A stretch of DNA of 64,000 nucleotides from Octopus sinensis (GCF_006345805.1 NW_021831041.1:186001-250000); one strand, 5' to 3'. Positions 1 to 12,505 are shown, numbered from the stretch's first letter. Translations and numbers: made by a program. The notes: generated by a model from the letters alone, not told the origin.

Positions 1-303
1 TTTCAAACAAATATTTCCACTCTCACTAAATGCACACTCGAAGTAATAGATAGGACTTATTTGGTCACATCTTAAAAATGGACTCCAGCTAATCTAGCAA
101 TGGAACATTACTAAGCTCTTCCGGGATTGACCCAACCCTTATACATCAAAGCCTAACTTGGATTTAGAAAGGATTAACATCAGCAGACGATCTTGAGCTC
201 CTAGCGCGAAAAGCGCGAGAAGTAGTATCTTGGTGTGCTTGAGAGTTTGGTGTACTTTAACATTTTATTTGGCTTACGTAACCCATATATAGAATATTAA
301 ATG

Positions 304-1290
304 TCAATGAATATTAAGCTTTAAATATTCAATTTTTAATTTTCTGTTACTTGAAATGAACGCAAGTTCTTCCTCTTTTAATAATAACTCGTTTCCGGTT
401 ATTTTGTACTCAACAAATGAATTCCTCGCCAAATCATAGAGTTGAACTGATATTGATGGAAAATTATTCTTCCAACTTATAAATAATGACCCCAAATGAT
501 CAATAATTAGTGGAATAATTTCTTTATACTTCCTTCTTGTACATAAGGAAACATGTTTTCCATTTGTGATATGTTTTTTCCATATTTTAATTTTTTCATA
601 AAAGCACCAAGTTTGTTCGTACAACTCGACAGAATTTCATTTCTTTGTTGCATGCTGCTATTGAGAACATTGAGTTCAAGTCCGGATTCTTATTTTTCGA
701 AACAGAAACAAAGTCTTAAACATGCCCCGTCATTGCTGGAGCACTATTGGTTCAGATACCCACACATTCATTCCAATCTAGCTCTATATGCCCGAAATAT
801 GAATTTATAAGATTGAAAATGTCATATCCCTTTGTTGCTTTGAGCAAATCTTTGCAGCAAAATAATCTTCAAAAATAGATTCATCGTCATATAGCGAACG
901 AAAACAAGAAATTACATTCTTTTTTCTAAATCTTCTAAAGAATCTTGAAGCGCAAGAAAATCAGATTTTTTTGGTTTTGATGTCCTCAGAATTTCTCCAA
1001 AAATTATCTTCAATACTTCTTTGCACGCAGAGAAAACAACAATTTTCGCAGGATTTTGTGATTTTTATTTTTTTGGCAGCGATTTCAACCGCAGCCTAGC
1101 TAGCATGCAGTGCTTTTTCGGTTATTTTAAATCTTTTGGAAAAATTAGATGCTTAAAATTTATTCTTGTCCAATTTCTTTATAAAATATTTTTTTATACA
1201 AAGTTAAGGATGCTTTGAAAAGAGATGACGTTTAAGTTTCGTTGGAGCCATTGGACTAGTAAGTTTTTCACTGCAAACAACACAAAGTGG
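304..1290 (-). mobile_element. Degenerate hAT (Buster/ZBED5/FAM200-like) transposase remnant
   Basis: Minus-strand fragments across several frames read MAPTKLKRHLFSKHP, DIFNLINSYFGHIELDWNECVGI*TNSAPAMTGH, LNVLNSSMQQRNEILSSCTNKLGAFMKKLK and HLGSLFISWKNNFP..YDLARNSF..EEELAFISS. These match Buster/ZBED5-type motifs. Many stops and frameshifts. Confidence 0.8.
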
Positions 1291-2199
1291 TATAGGGCAA
1301 TCCAACTCGCAATATAACATTGCGCTACGATCTAACTTTAAGATATGCTTTGTCGCAAGACTCGATTTAGACACGGGCAAATTAAAATTTACAAGCTAAT
1401 TAAAAAAATAAAACAAATCCGTTTTATATATAATAAAAACAGATAATGAAAATTATTCACAATATTTTAAACTTTGTGAAACCTAAGAGGAACCCCGGTC
1501 GAGAAAAACTCTCCTAAGTTAACCAAAAATGTATCTAAGTTTTATTAAAATAAAATTCAATTCCCAACTGTTTTTATATCTATCATTAATACTTGCTTTG
1601 TACTTTCTTATTGAAGAAATTAGAGATTTGTACTTTTTTATTTAAGAAATTAGATCCTCAATATCGGCCATTTGTTCCTTCTCTATTACAGTTAATCTAG
1701 CTGCAAAATCCATTTTGTCCACATGGCTTGGTTTTTATATTCTTGTTCACTTTTTTCTGAATCTTCTAAGGAATTTTGATTTTAATAAATGTTTCATTTT
1801 CCATGTATTCAATGTTTAAAAAAGCTTCAACTTTGAAAGAATCGGAAATCTTCAACTTCAACTTTGAAAGACTTTCGTTATCGAAGTTCCATGCCACTTT
1901 TGTATAAAAATAGTATCCATTAAATTCATTTTTTAAAAATTATAGACCGAAATATTTTGAGTTTCAAATAATTCCGTCAAATAAATTAACTTTCGTCAAG
2001 CAAAATTACTTTTTTATGCATTTTCGCGATTTAATAAATCATGACTGTGGTCTTGATGTTTAATAAATAAATAAATGACAAAGCTTGACAGTACAAGAAA
2101 CAATAAGAGTTGTTAGCTTGGTCCATTTCTCTCTATCTTGGACGACGTCCCGCAATGCTTCAAGATCGTCTTTTAAAATTTTCCCCACACTCCGAAAGT

Positions 2200-2345
2200 C
2201 TCTGCCAGATTTATTATATCAACCCAGTACTATTTTTAGGCAGAAACAATATTTTTATTTATTCCAAATTCGTCGGAAAGCAATGGCAGAATAGTTGTCA
2301 ATCAATATTAAAATTCGTTTTTCGATATGATTTTCTGTCAATTTG
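2200..2345 (-). mobile_element. pogo/Tigger DDE transposase fragment
   Basis: Minus strand reads RILILIDNYSA...IKILFLPKNSTGLI, the DDE_1 'LLxDNxxAH...FLPxNxT' motif. Confidence 0.55.
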
Positions 2346-3449
2346 ATGCGTTTAATTAACGGCATGTTTCATTATCTGACTGACACATGCCAGTCTAGCC
2401 TATTATATTCTGTCCCATTATCTGTATGAAAAATGACATTTTTGGCCATTTATTAGAATCATTGATTTCTGAATAACGTCGATCAGATTTGATATGTATC
2501 TGTCTCGATTTCTCGCAATTATCGAGGATTATTGTTGGCTTTGAGCATAACGATTTTTATAACTTTGAAAAAACGGTCCCGTCCAAAGAGATTAAAATTG
2601 TGTTCCGCATAAATTATATTGGGATAAATTATACTTCAATGAATTTTAGCTTCGTTTCATTTTCGCAAAAAACGCAATTTAGACCAGTTCTATTGTAGAA
2701 TACAACTCGATTTTCAAATATAAATGATTCAGATAGTTTAATCATTCTGAACCTCTCGAGGAGGCTCATGATGTCTGGAAATCCAATTTCTGAATTTTCT
2801 TCATTGATATTTTGTAAAATATAAAAAATTTATTTAGTAAGTCTCGCCATACGCATGCTGTCATCTTTTTATTTAAACTAAAAAAGGATTTTATTAAAAT
2901 CAATAACGAATTAATCCTTTACTTGTTAATTTGATGTTAGAGTTTCATTAACGGCGTGTTTTTTTATCAGAATGTGACATACAGTATAACCCAGTTTCAT
3001 CCAGATTATAAACTTGTTTGAGTTTGTATGTTTTTAAAATTCCGATAAATTTAGGAAGAAATGATTCAACGTCGACAGATTTATCTGTTTGCACATCCCC
3101 ATGTAATTTACGCATTCTGAATCCATCCCTTTTTTGAATTTATCCAAAAATCCAGGATAATTTTTGAAATTACTGAGTTGTAACTCATCCGCAAAATGTG
3201 ATTTGGTCGGCTGGGAAGAGAATTCTGTGTATAATTGTGAAACTTATAGGAAAAAAGACCATTGATAACTGGGAAACCCACTGGCTGTATCAGAGAATAT
3301 ATATAAATTTTGCGAAATAACTCGTTTGCTATTCGCGGTGCAGCCACTGGCGAATTGTAATTATTTCCCCTTCCATACTTTGGAATATATTCTTAATATA
3401 TCAAAAAAATTATCATAAATTGTGAAAATAGCTAATGAGATACTCCAGA

Positions 3450-4030
3450 ACAGCCAATTAGTGTTTCTGAGTTCTTTTTAAGATGAGAGAACCCACCAAG
3501 GAAATGAATTGACAGACATTCATTCCAGGAATACTGCTTTTCTCAACAGCAAGAAAATCAGCAAGGAATCTTTTCTGATGGCCGAATATTTAGCATCTTT
3601 CAGTTTTTTGCGTCCTCGAACGAAGTCCCAGGAGAGCAGACAAAGTTAATCAAAATTAGATTTTTCACAGGAGTACACACAAGTGAATTTCAAACAAAAA
3701 TTTTTTCCTCCGATAAGAAAAAAGTGTTATCTCATCAAAACGTTTTCCGTGGAAACACACATGCTCTAGGACAGGACAAAAACTTGCTAAATTTAGGTAT
3801 CTCCTGTCAATGTCGTTTAAGGTAGAGTCATTGAGTATCTGCCGGCACTCAGAGAAATTGAAGTCTCTTAAAGTCGATTTTCCAGCAAAGATAAAAATAG
3901 AGGTACCAACCCTTAAGACTCAGATAAAGGCAAATTCCGATCTGGACAAATCCAGTGGAGGCCAAAGAGAGAGCACGAGTCAATCACCAGAATGGGTCTG
4001 AGGCAGGTAGATAAAGTCGATTCGAAGGAG
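3450..4030 (-). mobile_element. Degenerate L1/Tx1-like non-LTR fragment
   Basis: RIDFIYL resembles the end of an APE endonuclease domain. Segment 3452-3530 is the near-exact reverse complement of 14526-14604, which follows a zf-RVT-like stretch. Confidence 0.35.
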
Positions 4031-4865
4031 AAAGGATTTATATAAAAAAAAATTTATTAATTCTTTCGCAATCGGTTTATATTATATATTTATTGAATAA
4101 AATTATTTTTTAAATAAGTTATTTATATAGAAAGTTCTTGTGATAAAGAATAGACCATTCTCGATTAAGTTTACTCTAAAAACTTCGAAAAAAAAACTTT
4201 AATTAAAAATCCAAATTAAAAATTGACCAATTTCCACAAAATGGAAATTTTTTCAAAAAATCAAAATTAACACTAAAATACAAAAAAAATTAACAATAGA
4301 AACCTTTAAAAATGAAATTTTAATCATTTTAATTAAAAAATTAAAATAAATCAAATTTAAGATTCCTAAAATCTCAAAAAACACAAAAATCGTAAAAATC
4401 AAACAACATTTATAAATATGTATGCCGTTTATATTTATGACTAATATTTTTTCAATATTTATTTGGATTTAAATTTAAATAAATAATCTTTCGCAATCGC
4501 TTTATGATGCTCATGTTGTCAGAAATTGTTCAAAAAAATAAATTCAGTTTTTTGCCAAAATAATCAAAAAAGTTAATTTTGATGGAATTAAAGCATCGAT
4601 TAGAATGCTCTAAAGATGTTGTTAACAAGGAAAAGAATTTTTTACAAGTTAATACAAATTAATAATAAATCATTATTTATTTATTTTACTTTATATTTTT
4701 TATTATTTATTGTTAAAATATTAAAATTTTAATTGGATTACCAATTTTAATAGGATTTATAAATCTTGATTAGTATAATTATTTAGCTGGTTTTGGTGTG
4801 TCTCCTTTGTCTTTTTTATGTCCTTATTATTTTTATATTTGTAGATAATTAATATATTTTAGTAA

Positions 4866-5305
4866 ATGGCACGAACCAAACACACAGCACGTAAATCGTC
4901 AGGAGCCAAAGTACCCAGAAAACAACTCTCAGTCAAAACTGCCCGAAAAAGTGCAACTGCTTCCGCTGGACTGAAACGTCCTCGACGATTCCGCGCCGGA
5001 GCTCTGGCAATGAAGGAAATCCGCAGATACCAGAAGAGTACTGACCTTCTAATAAGAAAACTGCCCTTCCAACGTCTAGTAAGGGAAACAGCTCAGCACT
5101 ATAAAACCGACCTCCGATTCCAGAGTGCAGCTATTTGTGCATTACAGGTCAGAATGTCCATTTCATGTCTATTTAGGAGGCCAGTGAGGCATATTTGGTC
5201 AGTCTTTTCGAGGATACAAACATGTGTGCCATACACGGCAAGAGAGTGACGATCATGGTCTCGGACATCCAACTGGCCCGAAGAATTCGTGGCGAGAAGG
5301 CTTAA
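4866..5305 (+). CDS. H3: Divergent, intron-containing histone H3 variant (H3.3-like), 135 aa mature
   Basis: [21 protein letters not shown]... Removing a 29-nt GT-AG intron (5148-5176) after ALQ restores [42 protein letters not shown]. Confidence 0.95.
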
Positions 5306-6281
5306 TTAGTGTCTTAATTGTTTCGTTCCTAATCTTTCTCGTTTTTTCTAATTTTTGGCCTTTTTTTGCTGAGAGAATAATTGTTTTTTGTTGGTATAAT
5401 CGATAGGTGGTTAATTGGTTTATTTTGTCTGGAATTGGGCAATTTTGGGGGAGGATTTGTAGTCGGTTTACTTCACGTTTGTTCATTCAGCATGCATGCT
5501 TTATTGATTAGTTATGACAATTAAATCGATTGTTTAATAGTTAATGTGTTGCCTGTTGGTTTTTCTGTACTTTGTAGTAGGGTTGTGGCAGTCTGTGTGT
5601 GGTGGATCAGTTTGGGGGGTTGGATTCAAATGTCCTTGTGTTAATCTGTCGTGTTTATTTCTGTGGTCAACTAGGATGATAATGAATTAACTGCTGGAGA
5701 TCAATTAAATCTCATTGATTCAATGACGGCAATTAGTTCAGGAAATAGGAAATTTAAGAAAATGTTGCATTTTAAGCAATTTTAATGTCATTTTACATAA
5801 TGCTTTCACCCAAACTAATTCAAAACTAGAATTTCCTAATTTGAAGAAAAACCTAAAAATTGATTTTGTGCACTACTATCACTACTTCCCGTGGAAATTA
5901 CTTTCTGGGGGGACAAAAGTGAATTTATCAGACATATAAAACATTAACAGCAACCACCCCTAGAAAACTGGTTTATGTCACAAAACCACATTTTTGTTGA
6001 ACGTCCTGGCTATCACTTGATTAGACAAGCTGCTAACTTGAGATTTTTAAAAAAATTAGCTCTTAAAATATCAAGATTTAATGACTTGATTTTAGCAAAA
6101 TATTTTCAATAAGTCTCTTTACCTGTAGAACTCGAAAGATAGGAGTGTCGTACGTGTTTTAAAAAAAAGTTTTTCTTAATAACATGAAAAATCTGATTTG
6201 GCCGTTGATAGATTATGAAATTATTTATTTACAGTTTTTACATTAATAAATATTAAGCTTATATAATTTAGTATCCAAGAA

Positions 6282-7090
6282 ATGGAATTTCCTTTTGTTG
6301 TTTCTGACATACTTCCAAAAGAAATAAATAAAATAGACAAAAAATATCCTTCGATCGAAAATCCGTATTTTTGCTCATTTTAGTAACCAAAACAGAAAAC
6401 TAAAACGAATCGTCGACTCAGTGGGCCAGCTGTCCTCAGAGGTAATTCCGAGCCCAACAAATCTTAGGCACAGAAGGTCCGTACTGTCCTCACCACTTTG
6501 GAAAGTGTCAAATTGAACAGTCAGATTATATATATTATTCGCGATACATCCAAACAAAAGTATTTTTGTCATGTTTATAAATTTCAGTGTCGTTGTCGGC
6601 ATTCTTAAAATTGGCTATAAATCTTTGTTTTTGTACAATAAGAACTGTTCTGTAAAACAGTATTTTCCGCTGTGTCTTCTTGATTTTTACATCCACCATT
6701 CCGTCCAACGACGAGGATATGGGCGGACTATTTTCGAATATATGATTGAGGTGTCAATTAGACTTTAGTTTTTCAGGATCAGGGGGTTGAACCCGCTGCT
6801 TTGGCCTATGACTATCCGAGTAAACTGATGTTTTCATTTTTTAAAAAACATTTCAAATCGGTCGTGCTTATCATCCAGAGAAATAACTTTGCTGTTTCAG
6901 ATGCTTTCTTCTCACTCAATAAACGTTATTTTAATATTAACTATTTATAGCTCTGAAAAACGGTGGGACCGTCTCAAGTTCTTTTACGTGCTATGATCGT
7001 AAGAAAACTGTCGGGTGTAAGTCCAGTAAATCGCCTGACTCATCCTTAAATATATATGGCATACCATTTTGCTACAATCAGTCTGTTTAA
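6282..7090 (+). CDS. ATAT1: Alpha-tubulin N-acetyltransferase (MEC-17)
   Basis: Starts MEFPF. Motifs IVDSVGQLSSEAQ, VGILKIGYKSLF, LCLLDFYIHHSVQRRGYG, LAYDYPSKLMFSFFKKHF, QRNNF. Five introns: 6365-6383, 6442-6467, 6560-6587, 6751-6776, 6925-6950. Confidence 0.92.
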
Positions 7091-8674
7091 TTTTTTGTAA
7101 CATTAAATCAATTTTTACTTGCATTCAAACTAAATGGGATTAACGCTAAAAAATTCTTTCTTTAAAATTTAATGTGGGGCTCCATGCAAGTTACACCAAT
7201 TTTAAACGTTAAATTTTGATCTTCATTTTCTGTCTATTCTGGTTAAAGGGTGTCTCATTACTAAGGGGTATCCAAGAGACAGACAGCCAATCTGAATTGA
7301 ACTCTGAATGAAAAAAGGATAAACGGCGATCTTTAATCCTCTGAGGGAATGGATATAGAATTAAGACAAACAGAAAAGAAAGAAAATAACTTGAATCAGG
7401 GGCAAGGAGTGGTGGAAAACAGCGCCTGGTTGATCAAGACTGAGAGGGATTTAGCCACAATGAGCCTGGCCAATTTTTGAATCTGGTCCCTTTGGAAAGC
7501 TGATAAGAGTTTAAGAAATACCAAAGGAGTAGGATAGCTGTCAGGAATTGAAAGTAAGCAGTTGAGTAACTAGAGTAAATTAATAATAAGGAACCTCGGA
7601 CACTTTCATAGCCGAGGCAAAAATCGGGAATTCTGTGAGTAATATAAACCAAAAAATGGCATTTGGCTACAATTACGTAATTAGGAACTTGTTTTTTTGC
7701 ATCCATTAGGACACTATTTAACTATTAAAAAAATATTGATTATTTGGCGACATAATGTGGTAAAATGTCAAATAATGTTTATATACGAAGACACAATGAA
7801 GTCGTATAATGTTTTCACCTTCATTTGTGTCGAATTTATAAAATCAAATATGAGAAAAAAATAAAAAACAAATGGTTCAGTAAAAATTGTCAACAGGAAA
7901 CGTTAAAATCCAGGTTGATATGGCAATTCCAACTGAAATCTAAGTACAATTCAACAAGCCAGATATGCACGACAAAATCAGCAACAATATAACTTTAATT
8001 GAATTATTATTTCACATGAAGACGTCACAGGCATGCTGGATAATGAACTCTCAAATACATATAATTCCATTAGTTATGAACGGAGTTGTAGGGGAATGCT
8101 TCAAAGATTATACTAGTGGTTTTTAACCTTTATTTTTGTATCGCCCCCTTGGAATTTTTTTCGCTCCTCAAATTTTTGTATCTCCCTCTTATTTCATTAG
8201 TAATAATATTACTATTAAGTAATTATAAAAAATATTTTTTATTTGAAAAATAAGATTTTTAATGAGATCCGATTTGAGTGCTGAATCCTCTCTCTGAATC
8301 CCTTTTAAGAATAAATAAGATTCAAACATTTCGAATATTGACAATCCTGTGGTATCCATGATTAACGATTTTTCAAATAATAAGTCTTCTTGCAAAATAA
8401 AATCATCATCGAAGTATCTTTATAAAATTTATTTATATTGATTCGTCAAGTTGGACTGAAAACTTGCGTTCTTTAAAAAGTGAAATTAAGAATTTTTCAA
8501 TTTCATTAGAAATTTTATCAATTCTCGTTCGCTGCTTAATGGAATAGTTTTCATAAATTTACTAAGAAATTGTTAAGGACAATGAGAAGAAGAACTGATG
8601 GCGATCCTGTTTCCCCTCACTATTGCTTGGGACACGTTTTCATAATATTTGAAAAATCTTTTTGTAAGATATTA

Positions 8675-10285
8675 TGTGACAGTCCGAATAAAAACACGCC
8701 CAAAGAAATGAAAGACTCCAACTTTGAATTGTCAATCGAGCGGCATGAGCGATACAGGCTCACAAAATTGGGAAAGAATTTCCATTTTGAAAATGGAAAA
8801 ACATATTTTCGAAAAAATGGGCTTAAATGCGTTTTTTCTGTGAAGATGAAATCGAATTAAAGCTTAAGTGCGTTGAGGTCCAACTTAATAAATAAAATTT
8901 AGGCGGAACATAACTATAACCACTTTGGGAGAGACCGGCTTTTTTCAAAATTAAGAAATCTCTATTATGGATTGAATAGAGAAGAAATCTCTAAGGTGAT
9001 TTCGAATTGTGCTTTCTGTCAGGTAATAACTCCTTTTAGTAAATATTCTTAGTCGAAAAAATTATTGTCTACGAAGCCTCCGATTACGCCAATCATGCAA
9101 GGAGATGTAGGGACAGATACATTGCGGATTTAATTGACCTCAGAAGATATTCGGCGTTGAATGATGGCTTTAGCTGGGTATGAATTTAATGTTAATAAAT
9201 AGATTTTGGTAATTGTGATTCTTTTTCCAAATATGTAATGCTTGAACTGTCGGTAACCAAATCTTCTGCAGAAATCGCAGATTTATTCCAAAGAATTTTT
9301 TATTATGTCGGGCCTCCGCTTATTCTACACACTGATAATGGAAAGGAATTTTGCAATTCGCTAATGGATGCTCTATATACGAAATATGGTATAAAACATG
9401 TACGTGGGAGGCCTCGTGCTCCTTGGGTACAAGGGCAAGTCGAAAGGTTAATGATTTAAAATCGATTTGTAGATTTAATCAAGCATAAAACGCTGGATAT
9501 CGTCGGCAAGTTCTTCTCAAAATTGTTTTGGACGATATCGCGAATGCATAAAGGACATCGTGTATGATTACAATAACAGCATTCATTCTTCGACAAAAAA
9601 AATCCCTTTTTATATATTCATGGGTGTTGAAAATCCTGGAAGGATTGATGAAGGGGGAATGGAGCAACTTTTAGCCTATGATTCAACTGGATTATCAGAG
9701 GCACGAGAAAGTGCATTAGAAAACTTAATTATTGCTGGCGAAAAAATGATTGAAAAAAGAAAATGGAGATACGACGAAGAAAATCAATGTCGGAACGACT
9801 GTGCTTTAAGGTCTCAAGCGTCAAATTAATTTTAGACAGGACAACGATGCCAATGTTCGGCAGTCTCCGCTGTACGATGGACTTGATGTTAATAAGTATA
9901 TTGTTGTCGAGCGAAGAAATGATCTCTATGTTATCGAAAAGGAGGACGGTGAGCGGTTACACGGATTCATATTTCTCGATTAGCTAAAATTGATTAATTT
10001 TCATAATCCATAATAAAAATAATTTTTTATTTAAATTAACGATAATTTTATATGAAATTTTATTAGGATAACCTAAAATGGAATAACCATATTCAAACGT
10101 ATAAGTTAACTGCGTAAATTGAGTGTGGTTGGTTTTGTTTATATAAATTAGTAAAAAAGGTTAATGAATTTTACATTAAAAATCATATTTTTAATAATAA
10201 TTAAACATTTTGTTGTGTAAATTTTTAATTTCAGTAAAATTAAAGAATGTAATTATTCGGCGTGTATTTTATTCGGACTGTGACA
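8675..10285 (+). mobile_element. Ginger2/TDD-type DNA transposon (gypsy-like integrase, SCAND3/KRBA2-like), with introns
   Basis: TIRs TGTGACAGTCCGAATAAAAACACGCC (8675-8700) and GGCGTGTATTTTATTCGGACTGTGACA (10259-10285), with TATTA on both sides. Spliced protein has HNYNHFGRDR...CAFCQ (HHCC), IADLID, HTDNGKEF and GRPRAPWVQGQVERFN (DDE). Confidence 0.88.
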
Positions 10286-10299
10286 TATTATTCTAACAA

Positions 10300-12505
10300 T
10301 TCCGTAGGAACATAAACAAAGTTATAATCCCACACGTGTCACAAGCGAAACAATCTTCTAGACCAGTGATTCTCAAGTGCGGCCCCCTGGGGCCGCATGC
10401 GCCCCTAGGATTAATTTGCGGCCCCTAGGTTTTATAAATGTTTTGTTTTTTAATTTATATTTTTAAATTTTATGAATAAAAAAATGTCACGTTTTTTATT
10501 TTGTTGTTGTGATGTGCTTGATTCTAAACGTTGTCGAAAACTTCCGAGGAAAATAGGATTTTTCACACATCTGGGAAGAAAAATGTTTCATTATTGAGAT
10601 CAATGGAAAGGCTCTTTGCCTAATATGCCATTCTATTATTGCAACTCTAAAAACGTATACAATCGAGCTTTAAAGAAGGTGCAAATTCAATGAGATTATT
10701 TGCATCTCCATTAATTATAAAAGTGAGGAGGTTTCCGATTTTACCAACTGGAATTGATTGATTTGCAAAATGATGTTGACTGAAAGTTTGTGTTCAACAA
10801 CATTTCAATAATTGACTTTTTATTCGAGAATTCCAGAGAACCGATTTCCGATTTAGTCAATAATGCAAAGAAAAATTTAGCAATTTTGGATCACATATGT
10901 CTGCGAATCGACATTTAGTAAACTCGTTCGAATTAAAACAAAGTTCGCAGCAGATTGACTGATACTCATCTGAGTGATTTGTTACGTACTTCAACAAGTA
11001 GAATAAACCTAATTTTGATTATTTGGTTAATAAATAATTCTTAAAAATATTTGCGCCCCTGTAAATTTTTTTTTTAATTGGCGGCCCCTGAGGAAAAAAG
11101 CTTGAGAATCACGTTTCTAGACCATCCTCGTCCATGCCCCTCTGTTGCGGGCGAGATCCCGCAAAGATTCTAGGTCGTCCCAGTTTTTGAAACTTTTGCC
11201 ATGAGGTTTGAGATCCCTTTCCAGAACTGCCGGAGAGTGGATCTAGGTCTCCCACGATATTTGTCTCCATGTTCGGAGAAATAATCGTCTATTGCCCGAT
11301 TGGCCGGAGCTCTGGGGTCCATTCGCAAAATATGGCCAAATAATTTCCACCGGCCTCCAACAATTTCTTGAGACAACGGCGTAGCATCGTAATGTTTATA
11401 CAGAGATAGATTGATGTTTATACAGAATGAGTATTCTGGCACGTTCCCTCTTCAGTGCCTGTTTGTTATTATGATCGTTCTCGTTTTCGATTCTGAGCTT
11501 TAGATCCTTTTGCTCAACGATTATCGCCCGAACATCCGGGTGGCACCATCTCCCAGACTGATTGTTATCTGGTTGCTTCCCGATGTGCTCGTCAGCAGCC
11601 GTATGGATACCATTCATAATGAATTCCCATGTGTTCTTCGAGGAGAGACCCGTTTCTATACAAGAGATATAGCTCTCCAATGGTTTTTGATAGTTTTTAC
11701 AAGTGAGGAAGAAGTGCAACAGTTTTTCCGTGAGATATCTTTTCCTTGTAGCAGATGGGAGTCTTCGCGCGTTGAGGGGCGCATGGTCTTTCTTGATGTT
11801 GAAACGTCCAACGACCATTTTGTGATCACTGTCAACCCGAGATCTCCCATATGATCTGGAGTCGAATAAGGCAGCCTTATCGGCCTGTCGACAAAGAATA
11901 TAATCGATTTGGTTGTAGATTGATGTAGGTTCACCGACCCCATTTGTTCTACTTCCAGTCCATGTGGTCCAATGTCGTGCAGCGTCGCAGAAAGCCGTGT
12001 TACACAAAAATAGTGAAAAGGTTTCACAGAGAGTCCCCGGAAGGTTCCTGTACCCACGGCCATATCTGCCAATAAATTGCTCGTCCCCAGAGCGGATGCC
12101 AAATTTGGCATTCCAATCCCCCGCGATGAATAGAATGGACGAATCCTGCAGACTTGTGAGTGTCCTAGCTAGCTCCTCGTAAAAGGAGTCTAGTTCGTCG
12201 AGATTCTTGGCAATCCTGCCACTTTGAGGGGCATAAACATTAATGATAGAAAGCATTCCGGATTTGTGTCCGGTACTTATTTGTAGTACAAATATTCGAT
12301 CGGTGACCCTCCAGCAGCGATGAATACAAGTAGATAAGTGTTTGTGTGCCACAAAGCCTTGGCCATAGTGCCCGCAAGTCGATTTAAGGCCTCTTACATT
12401 GAAAGACACAATAGATAGTTCGTATGATTGTTTTGCTTGTGTTATATCAGACATTGTGGAATAGAGGGTTGTCACCAGATATCGTTTATAAATAAATTTA
12501 AACAA
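10300..12505 (-). mobile_element. RTE-clade LINE with APE endonuclease; RT domain deleted; interrupted by hAT
   Basis: ORF 11396-12505 has SFNVRGL, INVYAPQ, IAGDWNAK, NQIDYIL and DSDH. It joins directly (~11430) to the RTE C-terminus RWKLFGHILRM...GRPR...LARNRGAW, whose tail continues past the hAT insertion. Confidence 0.8.
10364..11114 (+). mobile_element. Internally deleted hAT (Charlie/SPIN/GTF2IRD2-like) element, 751 bp
   Basis: TIR CAGTGATTCTCAA ... TTGAGAATCAC and exact 8-bp TSD TTCTAGAC (10356-10363 and 11115-11122). Remnants of the N-terminal zinc finger (ALCLICH) and C-terminal dimerisation region (QLELIDLQND, YVCESTFS, RLTDTHLSDLLR). Confidence 0.88.

Noticed and set aside
4866-5305. 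Centromeric CenH3/CENP-A
   Set aside because: Canonical-length tail with all major lysines, Q68 and F84 retained, and no loop-1 insertion.
7250-7700. ORF 7434-7706 as a gene
   Set aside because: No recognisable domain; the composition resembles decayed retroelement sequence and is too weak to classify.
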